A stretch of 64,000 nucleotides of DNA, taken from the NCBI GenBank assembly GCA_040902505.1, contig JBBDXE010000025.1:16221-80220 (forward strand), written 5' to 3'. A model generated the notes under the pieces. It saw nothing but the letters and a program-made list of their open reading frames with translations. It was not told the origin of the DNA and ran no database searches. This DNA is from Dehalococcoidia bacterium. GTDB taxonomy: Bacteria; Chloroflexota; Dehalococcoidia; DSTF01; JACRBR01. The stretch's first letter is position 1; every line of letters starts with the position of its first letter. Below, piece by piece: positions 45,796 through 54,829 of this stretch. Both the position numbers and the translations under genes were made by a program.

Positions 45796-46022
45796 CCCTA
45801 CTGTACCGCGATGCACCTCGGGCCGCCACGGCGGGTTATCCCTCGCAACGGTTCTGTAATGCACCGATCGGGCAGGGTGATCCCCTTATGATCATCTAAG
45901 ACTCTCCGCGACGACATCTCGTCCGCCATGTCGGTGACTGCGGAGCCGGTCTCGCCCAAGAACTCGTCAGCGCGACCGAATACCGCGTAGCCGCCGGGCG
46001 GGGGGCGGCGTACCATCACAGT

Positions 46023-47315
46023 ATGACGGACTACGTGACGCTCCCGGAGCAGCGGGTGCCGGTTGTCGCGGCGTGCGACGTGCTGGTGGTGGGCGGGGGG
46101 TCGGCGGGGATGGCGGCGGCGATCGCGGCGGCGCGGCAGGGCGCCGACGTGATGCTGGTCGAGCGGTACGGGTACCTCGGGGGGCTGGCGTCGGGCGGGC
46201 TCATCGTGCTGCTGCTGACGCTCGACGACGGGGACGGGCGCCAGGTGGTGGCGGGGCTGTGCCAGGAGCTGGTGGAGCGCCTCGAAGCGCGCGGGGCATG
46301 CTTCTACCCTCCGCAGGGCGAGTGGGGGGACTACGACGAGGCGCTGGTCGAGCGGTACCGGCGCTGGGGGCTGGTGTGGGGCTCGGGGCCGCACCGGGTG
46401 CGCTATTCCGTGGCGTACGACCCGGAGGAGTTCAAGTTCGTCGCGAACACGTGGGTGGCGGAGGCGAAGGTGCGGCTGCTGTACCACCGCTGGGCGAGTG
46501 ACGTGGTGTTCGAGGTGGACCGCCCGCACGGGCGGCCGGCGGGGCGCGTTTCGCACGTAGTGTTCACGTCGAAGGCGGGGCGGCAGGCGGTGCGGGCGTC
46601 GTATGTGATCGATGCGACGGGGGACGGCGACGTCTTCACGATGGCGGGGGAGGCGGGGGAGAAGGAGCAGGTGCATCCGTGGCTGTGGTTCCGCATGGCG
46701 GGGGTGAAGGACGCCGACGGGGCGCAGGCGGGGCGGGCGGGGTCCTTCTTCCGGACGGTGAAGCCGGGGCAGGTGCTGCTGCCGTGGGGCGCGGCCGAAC
46801 GCATCGAGCGGCGGATCGACGCGACGGACCCGGACGACCTGACGTTCGCGGAGGTGGAGTGCCGGCGGATGGTGATGGATGAGGTGGACCGGCTGCGCGC
46901 GCAGGTGCCGGGCTTCGAGGAGGCGTACCTGACTGACGTGGCGCTGACGCTGGGGATCACGGAGTCGCGGCGGCTGCAGGGGGCGTATGTGCTGGCGCGG
47001 GAGGACGTGGGGCGGGTGTTCGAGGATACGATCGCGACGACGGGGCACTGGACGAAGTACGGGGCGCTGTATCACGTGCCGTATCGCAGCCTGCTGCCGA
47101 AGCGCGCGTCGAACCTGCTGATAGCGGGGCGGTGCATCAGCGTCGACCATCGGGTGCACCACGCGACGAAGGAGATCCCGCCATGCTTCGCGACGGGGGA
47201 GGCGGCGGGGATCGCGGCGACGCTGGCGCTGGGGGCGGGGGCGTCGGTGCAGGACGTGGAGGTGGGTGCGTTGCAGGGGGCGCTGCGGGCGGCGGGGGCG
47301 TGGTTACCGGCGTAG
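46023..47315 (+). CDS. FAD-dependent oxidoreductase (FAD_oxidored family)
   Basis: CDVLVVGGGSAGMAAAIAAARQGADVMLVER dinucleotide-binding motif, DATGDGDV, and a GRCISVDH C-terminal motif. Confidence 0.75.
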   Translation: MTDYVTLPEQRVPVVAACDVLVVGGGSAGMAAAIAAARQGADVMLVERYGYLGGLASGGLIVLLLTLDDGDGRQVVAGLCQELVERLEARGACFYPPQGEWGDYDEALVERYRRWGLVWGSGPHRVRYSVAYDPEEFKFVANTWVAEAKVRLLYHRWASDVVFEVDRPHGRPAGRVSHVVFTSKAGRQAVRASYVIDATGDGDVFTMAGEAGEKEQVHPWLWFRMAGVKDADGAQAGRAGSFFRTVKPGQVLLPWGAAERIERRIDATDPDDLTFAEVECRRMVMDEVDRLRAQVPGFEEAYLTDVALTLGITESRRLQGAYVLAREDVGRVFEDTIATTGHWTKYGALYHVPYRSLLPKRASNLLIAGRCISVDHRVHHATKEIPPCFATGEAAGIAATLALGAGASVQDVEVGALQGALRAAGAWLPA

Positions 47316-47412
47316 GCGGTCGGTCAGTCAGTCGGTCGGGTTGTGGTGGCGCGGCGGAGCGAGGGACTGTGCTGGTGGATCAGATCCTTCGCGTCGCTCA
47401 GGATGACATGTG
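47316..47412. repeat. dispersed intergenic element, copy B
   Basis: ggcggtcggtcagtcagtcggtcggg...ggatcagatccttcgcgtcgctcaggatgaca. Lies between convergent CDSs (FAD oxidoreductase stop and citrate synthase stop). Confidence 0.6.
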
Positions 47413-47414
47413 CG

Positions 47415-48542
47415 CTAGGCGCGCTCTTCGATGGGTTTGTAGCGGAGGTGGCGGGGGCCGGCGTATTCGAGGAGCGGGCGGATCAGGACGTTGTCGGCGT
47501 ACTGCTCCAACACGTGGGCGACCCAGCCGGGCATGCGGCCGACGGCGAACATGGGGATGAACTGCTCGTCCGGGATGCCGAGCAGGGAGTAGACGGCGCC
47601 GGCGTAGAAGTCGACGTTGGGGTAAATGCCCTTCACGCGGTAGGGCTCCATGGCCTTCTCGATCTGCTGGAGGATCTGGAACCAGCGGTCGTTGCCCTTC
47701 CGGTGCCCCAGCTCGCGGGCGACGCCGCGCAGCTCCCGGGCGCGCGGGTCCTCGGTTTTGTAGACGCGGTGGCCGAAGCCCATGACCTTCTCGCCGGCCT
47801 CGATGCGCTCCTGGATGTACTCGATGGCGCGGTCGGGGTCGCCGATGGCCTCGACGTGCTTCTGGACGGCCTCGGCGGCGCCGCCGTGGAACGGGCCCTT
47901 CAGCGTGGCGATGGCGGCGACGATGGCGGAGCCGATGTCAGCGCCGGTGCCGGCGGCCACGCGGGCGGCGAACGTCGACGCGTTGGAGCTGTGCTCGGCG
48001 TGGAGGACGAGATCGAGGTCGATGATCTGCGCGTCCTCGGGGTCGGGCTCGCGGCCGAACATCATGTAGAGGAAGTTGGCGGCGTGGCCGAGGTCGTCGC
48101 GGGGGGCGACGGGGTCGAGGCCGGCGCGGATGCGGTGCATGGCGGCGACGATGGTCGCGACCTGCGAGATCAAGCGGACGCCGGCGGGGGTCGCGACTTC
48201 GACGGAGGCCTCGAGCGACGCCTCATCGAGGGCGACGGTGGCGGAGAGGGCGGTGCGGAGGACGTCCATGGGGTGGGCGGCCTTCACGCGTTCGATGATC
48301 TCGAGGACGGGCTGGGGGACGGGGCGGCCGGCGCGGAGCTGCGCCTGGAAGGCGGCGAGCTGCTTTGCGTTGGGGAGGTGGCCGTGGATCAGAAGGTAGG
48401 AGACCTCCTCGAAGCTGGCCTTCTGGGCGAGGTCGTGGATGTTGTAGCCGCGGTAGACGAGCTTCCCGGCCTCGCCGTCGATGAAGGCGATGCGGGTCTC
48501 GTCAAGGACGACGCCCTTGAGTCCGGTTCCGGTGCTGCTCAC
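47415..48542 (-). CDS. citrate synthase (small, type-I/2-methylcitrate synthase-like)
   Basis: GLKGVVLDETRI..., GFGHRVYKTEDPRA (catalytic His), HAEHSSNASTF and GRMPGWVAH signatures. Confidence 0.9.
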   Translation of the reverse strand: MSSTGTGLKGVVLDETRIAFIDGEAGKLVYRGYNIHDLAQKASFEEVSYLLIHGHLPNAKQLAAFQAQLRAGRPVPQPVLEIIERVKAAHPMDVLRTALSATVALDEASLEASVEVATPAGVRLISQVATIVAAMHRIRAGLDPVAPRDDLGHAANFLYMMFGREPDPEDAQIIDLDLVLHAEHSSNASTFAARVAAGTGADIGSAIVAAIATLKGPFHGGAAEAVQKHVEAIGDPDRAIEYIQERIEAGEKVMGFGHRVYKTEDPRARELRGVARELGHRKGNDRWFQILQQIEKAMEPYRVKGIYPNVDFYAGAVYSLLGIPDEQFIPMFAVGRMPGWVAHVLEQYADNVLIRPLLEYAGPRHLRYKPIEERA

Positions 48543-48589
48543 AGTCCCGCCCCCTGTCGCTACGCGGCTGAGCGGCGCAGCTAGCCGCT

Positions 48590-48978
48590 GTTGACATATT
48601 CGGACGGTGAATCGGTGCGATAGACCGGGTGAATCCTAGCACAGCCGGAGCGGCGTGTTCGGGCAGAATCGGCGCCAGCGGTCACACTTCACACAAACGT
48701 AGTGTTCTGTACGGAGCCGTATTGCAAACACCCGGGCACACTGATACCATGCTGTTCGCGTGCCCGGGGGCGCGCGGAGAATAGAAGAAACCTGAACGTC
48801 TCGAAGGGGAGACAACCAGGGGCCTGGCTGGCAGTGTTCGCGAAGTGCGGGCCTGTCGGGGGCCTTTTGCGTTGTCAGGGCAATGGACGACTGTAAACGC
48901 ACCGGCTTCACTTAGGGCCCCGGCATCGCCCGGGCATTCTGCCTCGCCGGGCAGTGGCGAGGATGAAGGGATACGAGA
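48590..48978 (+). promoter_or_regulatory. long AT-richer structured 5' leader upstream of speH (candidate cis-regulatory RNA)
   Basis: About 390 nt with no convincing ORF. Hairpins cccgggcac...gtgcccggg and ctgcctcgccgggcag. GC content clearly below the window average. Confidence 0.3.
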
Positions 48979-49398
48979 ATGCACGTTACGATCGATGGGT
49001 TCGGCGGCAAGTCCACGCAGCTTGCCGATGTGGCACTGGTCCGCAACCTCCTCGACCGCTACCCGGGCGAAATCGGAATGACGAAGATCTCCGAACCCCA
49101 CGTGTTCGAGTACCGCGGCACGAAGCCTGAGGACTGGGGCGTCTCAGGGTTCGTCCTCATCGCCGAAAGCCACATCGCCGTCCACACGTTCCCGGAGCAC
49201 GGCCAGGTGTGGGTCGACATCTTCTCGTGCAAGGGGTTCGATGACACCCCGGCCATCGACCGCATCGTCGAGGCGTTCGGCCTGGAGCACACGCGGGTGA
49301 ACCGGCTGGAGCGCGGGCTGGAGTACCCGCACGACGTCGGAGCGAGCATCCCTCTGAACCGCCGGGAGCGCCGCGAGGTCACGCCGGTCTCGGCATGA
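48979..49398 (+). CDS. speH: S-adenosylmethionine decarboxylase proenzyme (class 1, pyruvoyl-dependent)
   Basis: FVLIAESHIAVHTFPE contains the ES-S self-cleavage site. Typical length (about 139 aa). Confidence 0.85.
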   Translation: MHVTIDGFGGKSTQLADVALVRNLLDRYPGEIGMTKISEPHVFEYRGTKPEDWGVSGFVLIAESHIAVHTFPEHGQVWVDIFSCKGFDDTPAIDRIVEAFGLEHTRVNRLERGLEYPHDVGASIPLNRRERREVTPVSA

Positions 49399-49471
49399 CG
49401 CTTTGGCTCGCGTCTGACCTCCGGCGTTCGTGGAGTGATGCTGCCCTGCCTGTATTGAGGGCATCGCGCCC

Positions 49472-49500
49472 CAGGATGCTTCGCTTCGCTCAGAATGACA
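49472..49500. repeat. dispersed intergenic element, partial copy C (core only)
   Basis: caggatgcttcgcttcgctcagaatgaca compared with the core ggatcagatccttcgcttcgctcaggatgaca. Confidence 0.45.
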
Positions 49501-49600
49501 TACGTACCTGTTGTCTCGCCCCTCGCCACTCCCTGCACCATACAATTGACCCGGAGAGCGGCCCCCTCTGAGGAGGTGCGGCCTCTGACGAGGTGCGGCC

Positions 49601-50311
49601 ATGCCCATCATCACCGTCTCCGGCACGCTTGGCAGCGGCGCGCGGGAGATCGCGCAGGCGGCGGCGCGGGAGCTGGGGCTGGACTACGTGGACCAGGAGA
49701 TCCTCGTGGAGGCGGCACGCCGGCTGGGCGTGAGCGTGGCTGACGTTGAGAGCCGTGACGAGCCGGCGACCGGCCTGGGCGAGCGGCTGGCGTCGATCAT
49801 GCGCACGCTGATGGAGCGCTCGGCGGTGGCGGGGGCGTCGGATCCGATGAGCGGCGGCGGGCTGGAGATGATCCTCGGGCGGACGTACGGGGAGGCGGCG
49901 GATCTGCCGTCGGAAGCGGAGCGCGGCCAGCCGGACGACGAGCGGTACCTCAAGACACTCACGTCGGTGATCCGGGGGATCGCGGCACGGGGGAAGGTGG
50001 TGATCCTGGGGCGGGGAAGCCAGGCGATCCTCCAACACGAGCCGGAGGCGCTGCACGTGTACGTCGGCGCGCCCACGGAGCAGCGCATCGCGACGTTGGT
50101 GCAGCAGGAAGGGATGGAGCCGCAGGACGCGGAACGGCGGCTGAAGCAGAGCGACCAGAACCGGCAGGCGTTCCACCGGCGCTACTTCAAGATCGACGCC
50201 GACACTCCAAAGCTCTACGACCTGATGCTGCGATCGGACCGCATCCAGCCGGACCTGGCGGTGAAGCTGATCGCGCTGGCGGTACGCGACCGGACGCCGA
50301 GGCCCGGGTGA
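49601..50311 (+). CDS. cytidylate-kinase-like family P-loop protein
   Basis: IITVSGTLGSGAREIAQ (Walker A variant GxxGSG). Family Cytidylate_kin2-like. Lid region VILGRGSQAIL. Confidence 0.7.
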   Translation: MPIITVSGTLGSGAREIAQAAARELGLDYVDQEILVEAARRLGVSVADVESRDEPATGLGERLASIMRTLMERSAVAGASDPMSGGGLEMILGRTYGEAADLPSEAERGQPDDERYLKTLTSVIRGIAARGKVVILGRGSQAILQHEPEALHVYVGAPTEQRIATLVQQEGMEPQDAERRLKQSDQNRQAFHRRYFKIDADTPKLYDLMLRSDRIQPDLAVKLIALAVRDRTPRPG

Positions 50312-50312
50312 C

Positions 50313-50660
50313 ATGTATCTGAGCCCGGAGGCGCAGCGGCTCCTGGAGGACGTGCGGCGCGCGCACGAGGGGCTGATCACGCACTTCGGGGCGGACGAGT
50401 CGCACAAGCGCGCCTTCCGGGCCGTCTACGAGGCGCTGGAGTCGGCGCTGGGCGACGTGGACGACGCACACCTGGTGGCGCCGGTGCGCGGCGGCTGGTC
50501 GCCGGCCGCGGTGCTGGCGCACCTCGCGGAGCACGACCACGGGATCGAGGAGGCGACGCGCCGGGGTCTCGAACACATGGTGGAGCACGGGCTGGAGCAC
50601 GCGCGAAGCCTCTGGCAGGCCCGCATGTCCGACGACGCTCTCGCCGGCCCGCCCGACTGA
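50313..50660 (+). CDS. hypothetical protein (DinB/YfiT-like helical bundle?)
   Basis: 115 aa. GGWSPAAVLAHLAEHDH resembles the DinB_2 GxWSxxxxLxHL motif. Weak evidence. Confidence 0.4.
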   Translation: MYLSPEAQRLLEDVRRAHEGLITHFGADESHKRAFRAVYEALESALGDVDDAHLVAPVRGGWSPAAVLAHLAEHDHGIEEATRRGLEHMVEHGLEHARSLWQARMSDDALAGPPD

Positions 50661-50663
50661 GCG

Positions 50664-51335
50664 ATGCTGTTGTCGATCGGCGTCATCGCCGCTGCCTATG
50701 CCATCGGCTCGGTGCCGGTGGCGTATCTGGCGGGCAGGCTGACCAAAGGCGTCGACCTGCGTGAGCAGGGCAGCGGCAACGTCGGCGCATCGAACGTGTG
50801 GCAGAGCGTGTCACGCTCGCTGGTGGCGCCGGTGGGGCTGGCGCAGATAGGCCAGGGCGTGGCCGCCGTCGGCATCGCGAAGCTGGCGGGGGAGAGCGAC
50901 GGCGTGCAGGCCGCAGCTGGCGTCGCGGCGCTGGTCGCGAACAACTGGTGCCCGTGGCTGGGATTCGCGGGCGGCCGGGGCATCGGCCAGTCGATCGGGG
51001 TGCTGGGGTGGCTGTCGCCGGCGGCGCTGGCCGTGTTCATCGCTGTGTCGCTCGCGGGAGTCGTGCTGCGGACGATCCCGCAGGGGGTGGCGCTGGCCAT
51101 CGCGCTGGCGCCGATCGTGGCGGCGATCGCGGGGCAGGGCGGGGCAATCGTCGCGGGGTGTGGGGTGCTGGCGGCGATCGTGCTACTGAAGCGGCTGGTG
51201 GGGAATGGCGTGCCGGAGGCGCGGTACGCACGGCCGGCCGTGTGGGGATATCGCCTGCTGTACGACCGCGACGACCGGGACCGGGACGCCTGGGTGCGGC
51301 GGAATCTCGCCGATCCGGACGCTTCGGCGCGCTGA
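50664..51335 (+). CDS. plsY: glycerol-3-phosphate acyltransferase
   Basis: GSGNVGASNV (PlsY GSGNxGATN motif) plus five TM helices. Confidence 0.85.
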   Translation: MLLSIGVIAAAYAIGSVPVAYLAGRLTKGVDLREQGSGNVGASNVWQSVSRSLVAPVGLAQIGQGVAAVGIAKLAGESDGVQAAAGVAALVANNWCPWLGFAGGRGIGQSIGVLGWLSPAALAVFIAVSLAGVVLRTIPQGVALAIALAPIVAAIAGQGGAIVAGCGVLAAIVLLKRLVGNGVPEARYARPAVWGYRLLYDRDDRDRDAWVRRNLADPDASAR

Positions 51336-51393
51336 CGGCGTGACGGCGGCGTTCGCTACACTTCCCCAGTTGTACTCGCGCTTCAGCCCACAC

Positions 51394-52788
51394 GTGAACG
51401 CACTCCTCGCCTGGCCCCCCTCGCGCACGATCTGGGGCGGCGTCGTGGCGCTGGCGGTGATCGGCGCGTCGTGCGGCTCCGACTCTCCGCCGTCAGCCAC
51501 TCCTACGGGCACGGCGATCCCGGCGACGGCGACGCCAACAGGCCCTACGGCGACGCCCACGCCGGACCTGACCGTCCTCCTCCGGGACGGCGGCATCGCG
51601 ATTATCGAGAAGGCATACGACCGGCTGCTCGACCAGTACATCAACCCTGCGGACCCGGCGGCGCTGCTGGGAGCGGCGTGGTCGGGGGCGGCGAAGGAGG
51701 CGGCGGCGAAGGGCATCGCCGTCCCGGCGCGGCCGGCGCTCAGCGGCGACCGCGCGGGCGACTTCGCGGCGTTCCGCGAGGCGTGGGGGCGGCTGACGGG
51801 CGGTGTGGCCGACCCGAAGGAGATGCGCTTTGCGGCGATCCGGGTGATGGCGCAGAGCCTGAACGACTGCCATACATTCTTCCTCAACCCCGTCGCGAGC
51901 ACGACGCTCGAGGACCAGCGCACGGGCGCGGGGGTTGTGGGGGTGGGGATCGAGCTGGCGGGCGTGCCGCCACTGGTGACGGAAGTGATCTCCGGCAGCC
52001 CCGCCGGGGACGCTGGTGTGCTCGTCGGTGACCGGATCGCGTCGATCGACGGGGCCGACGCGTCGGCGTTCGGGCCGGCGGCGGCGTTCGACCTGATCAA
52101 CGGGGAGGAGGGCACGGCCGTCCGGTTGCGCCTGCGGCGGCCGGACGCGGGGACTCTGATCGAGGCCACGTTGACGCGTGCGCGGGTGACGCCGCCGATC
52201 GTCACCTCGCGCGTGGTGGGGGACGGGGTGGGCTACGTGCGGGTGCGCCAGTTCGTCGACGGAGGGATCAACGGGCAGCTGAAGTCGGCGCTGGAGGAGT
52301 TCGAGCGGCAGGGGGTGACCCGCTGGATCATCGACCTGCGCGACAACGCCGGCGGGCGCCTCGACACGGAGGCCATCAGCCTGTTCGTACAAACGGGCGT
52401 GGTGGCGCGGGACCGTAACCGGGAGGGCGACCTGCACGAAGACGTGGCGTCCGGGCACGTGCTGGCGGTCCTGCGGCCGACCGTGCTGCTCACGAACAAT
52501 CGCACAGGCTCCGTGTCGGAGGTGTTCGCGGCGGCGCTGCGCGAGTACGGGCTGGCATCGCTCGTCGGGGCGCCGACGAACGGCTGCGCAGGGTACACCG
52601 ACATCCAGCCGTTCGGCGACGGCTCCTCGATGGCGGTGACGACGCACGTGAACCTGGGGCCGGTGAGCAACACTCCGCTGAGCGGAACCGGCCTGTCGCC
52701 GGACGTATGGGTGGACCGCTCGCAGGACGACATCAGCAACGGCCGTGACCCCCAGCTCGAGGCGGCGATCGGCTATCTCGCGCCATGA
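51394..52788 (+). CDS. S41 family C-terminal processing peptidase with PDZ domain (lipoprotein)
   Basis: GTG start. Lipobox LAVIGASCGSD, T/P-rich linker, PDZ (GVVGVGIELAGVPPLVTEVISGSPAGDAGVLVGDRIASIDG), catalytic IDLRDNAGG...TGSVSEVFAAAL. Confidence 0.8.
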   Translation: MNALLAWPPSRTIWGGVVALAVIGASCGSDSPPSATPTGTAIPATATPTGPTATPTPDLTVLLRDGGIAIIEKAYDRLLDQYINPADPAALLGAAWSGAAKEAAAKGIAVPARPALSGDRAGDFAAFREAWGRLTGGVADPKEMRFAAIRVMAQSLNDCHTFFLNPVASTTLEDQRTGAGVVGVGIELAGVPPLVTEVISGSPAGDAGVLVGDRIASIDGADASAFGPAAAFDLINGEEGTAVRLRLRRPDAGTLIEATLTRARVTPPIVTSRVVGDGVGYVRVRQFVDGGINGQLKSALEEFERQGVTRWIIDLRDNAGGRLDTEAISLFVQTGVVARDRNREGDLHEDVASGHVLAVLRPTVLLTNNRTGSVSEVFAAALREYGLASLVGAPTNGCAGYTDIQPFGDGSSMAVTTHVNLGPVSNTPLSGTGLSPDVWVDRSQDDISNGRDPQLEAAIGYLAP

Positions 52789-53399
52789 GCGGAGAACATC
52801 ACCTGACGCTGCACTTCGTGCGGCACGGCGAAACGACGTGGAACGCGGAGCGTCGCATGCAGGGGCAACTCTACGAGGCGCCGCTGAGTGACCGAGGGCG
52901 CGAGCAGGCGCATGCGCTGGCGGAGCGGCTGGCAGGGTGCGGCGCCGAGGCGCTGATCTCGAGCGACCTGCTTCGGGCGCTCGATACGGCGCGCATCATC
53001 GGGTCGCGGATGGGGCTGGAGGTGGCGGAGGAGGCGGCGCTGCGGGAGCGGAGCTTCGGCGTGCTGCAGGGGCGGCTCTACGACGACCTGGAGCGAGAGC
53101 TGGGAGAGGAGCTGCGGCGGATCTGGCGCGAGCCGGACATCCGCCCCGATGAAGGGGAGAGCTGGCGCGACGTGTATCTGCGGGCCGGCGAGATGATCGA
53201 CCGGCTGCGCGAAGACCCGCCGGCGCGGGAGATGGTGCTGGTCACGCACGGCGGGACGATGAACGTCGCGCTGACGTATCTCGCCGGGCTGCCGCTCGAA
53301 CAGATGGAGTGGCGGCGGTTCGAGAACTGCGCGCTGGTGACGGTGCAGGCCGGCCCGGACGGCGTGCGTGTGGTCGCGGCGGCAGACGCGGCCTCGTAG
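52785..53399 (+). CDS. histidine phosphatase family protein (phosphoglycerate-mutase-like)
   Basis: LHFVRHGETTWN (RHGE catalytic motif) ... LVTHGGT. Confidence 0.8.
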   Translation: MSGEHHLTLHFVRHGETTWNAERRMQGQLYEAPLSDRGREQAHALAERLAGCGAEALISSDLLRALDTARIIGSRMGLEVAEEAALRERSFGVLQGRLYDDLERELGEELRRIWREPDIRPDEGESWRDVYLRAGEMIDRLREDPPAREMVLVTHGGTMNVALTYLAGLPLEQMEWRRFENCALVTVQAGPDGVRVVAAADAAS

Positions 53400-53435
53400 C
53401 GCCTCCGAAGGGCACACCCGTATACTCCACGCACC

Positions 53436-54761
53436 ATGCCCTTCGACCCCCGGTACGCCTCGATCTTCCCGCGCACGACGACCGTCCGCGACGGCCGGAT
53501 GAGCGCCGGCGGGCGCGATCTGGCGGAGCTGACGCGCGAGTTCGGATCGCCGCTGTACGTGTTCGACGAGGCGGAGCTTCGCGCGACCTGCCGCGAGTAC
53601 CTCTCGGCGTTCACGTCGCGCTACTCCGCCACGGAGGTCGTCTACGCCTCGAAGGCGTACCTGAGCCGCTGGATGGCGGCGCTGGCCGGGGAGGAGGGGC
53701 TGGGGATCGACGTGGTAGCCGGCGGTGAGCTGGCGGTGGTGCTGGCGGCGGGCTTCCCGGCGGGACGGTGCAGCTTCCACGGGAACAACAAGGGCGAGCT
53801 GGAGCTGCGGGAGGCGCTGGACGCCGGCATCGGGAGGGTGATCGTCGACAACTTCCACGAGCTGGCGCTGCTCGACCGCGTGGCCCGTTCGATGGGGACG
53901 GTGCAGCCGATCCTGCTCCGCCTCTCGCCGGGCGTCGACCCGCACACGCACGCCAAGACGACGACGGGGACGGTTGACAACAAGTTCGGCATCCCGATCG
54001 TCACCGGCGACGCCGAGCGCGCGGTGGTAGAGGCGATGCGGCTCGAGGGCGTGGAGCTGGTGGGGCTGCACTGCCACCTCGGTTCGCCCATCTTCGAGAC
54101 GGAGCCGTTCGTGTTGGCGAACGACGTGATGCTGGGCTTCGCGGCGGAGATGCGTGCGAAGCACGGCTTCGTGATGCGGGAGTACAGCCCTGGCGGAGGC
54201 TTCGCGGCGCAGTACGTGCGCGAGCGACCCGCTCCCGCTGTCGAGGTGTACGCCGATGCGGTGATCTCGTCGTTCCTGGCCGGCTGCGAGGAGCACGGGC
54301 TGCCGCTGCCGCGGCTGTTCGTGGAGCCGGGCCGGTCGCTGGTGGCGCGGGCGGGGGTGGCACTGTACACCGTGGGCGCGCGGAAGGACGTGCCGGGGCT
54401 ACGGAGCTGGATCTCGGTCGACGGGGGGATGGCAGACAACATCCGGCCGGCGATCTACGACGCGACGTACGAGGCGGTCGTGGTCAACCGGGCGGAGGAC
54501 GATCCGGTGGAGACGGTGACGATCGCCGGGAAGTATTGCGAATCGGGGGACCTGCTGGTGAAGGACGCGCGGCTGCCGCGGACGGAGCCGGGCGACGTGA
54601 TCGCGTTGCCGGCCTCGGGGGCGTACTGCATCGCCATGGGGAGCAACTACAACATGGCGCTGAAGCCGGCGGTGGTGGTCGTGAAGGACGGGCAGGCAAA
54701 GCTCATCCGGCGCCGCGAGACGTACGCCGACCTCCTGGTGACGGACGTGTGGGGGGAGTAG
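53436..54761 (+). CDS. lysA: diaminopimelate decarboxylase
   Basis: Fold-III PLP decarboxylase: YASKAY (PLP Lys), EPGRSLVA, CESGD, GAYC. Confidence 0.9.
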   Translation: MPFDPRYASIFPRTTTVRDGRMSAGGRDLAELTREFGSPLYVFDEAELRATCREYLSAFTSRYSATEVVYASKAYLSRWMAALAGEEGLGIDVVAGGELAVVLAAGFPAGRCSFHGNNKGELELREALDAGIGRVIVDNFHELALLDRVARSMGTVQPILLRLSPGVDPHTHAKTTTGTVDNKFGIPIVTGDAERAVVEAMRLEGVELVGLHCHLGSPIFETEPFVLANDVMLGFAAEMRAKHGFVMREYSPGGGFAAQYVRERPAPAVEVYADAVISSFLAGCEEHGLPLPRLFVEPGRSLVARAGVALYTVGARKDVPGLRSWISVDGGMADNIRPAIYDATYEAVVVNRAEDDPVETVTIAGKYCESGDLLVKDARLPRTEPGDVIALPASGAYCIAMGSNYNMALKPAVVVVKDGQAKLIRRRETYADLLVTDVWGE

Positions 54762-54829
54762 TGGTCAGTTATCGGTTGTGAGTTTTCAGTCCCCCACCCC
54801 ATCGTTAGCCGAGTGATCATCGAGAAGAC

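Noticed and set aside
52773-54296. 507-aa minus-strand ORF opposite the histidine-phosphatase and lysA genes
   Set aside because: Antisense to conserved genes. Arg/His/Pro-rich.
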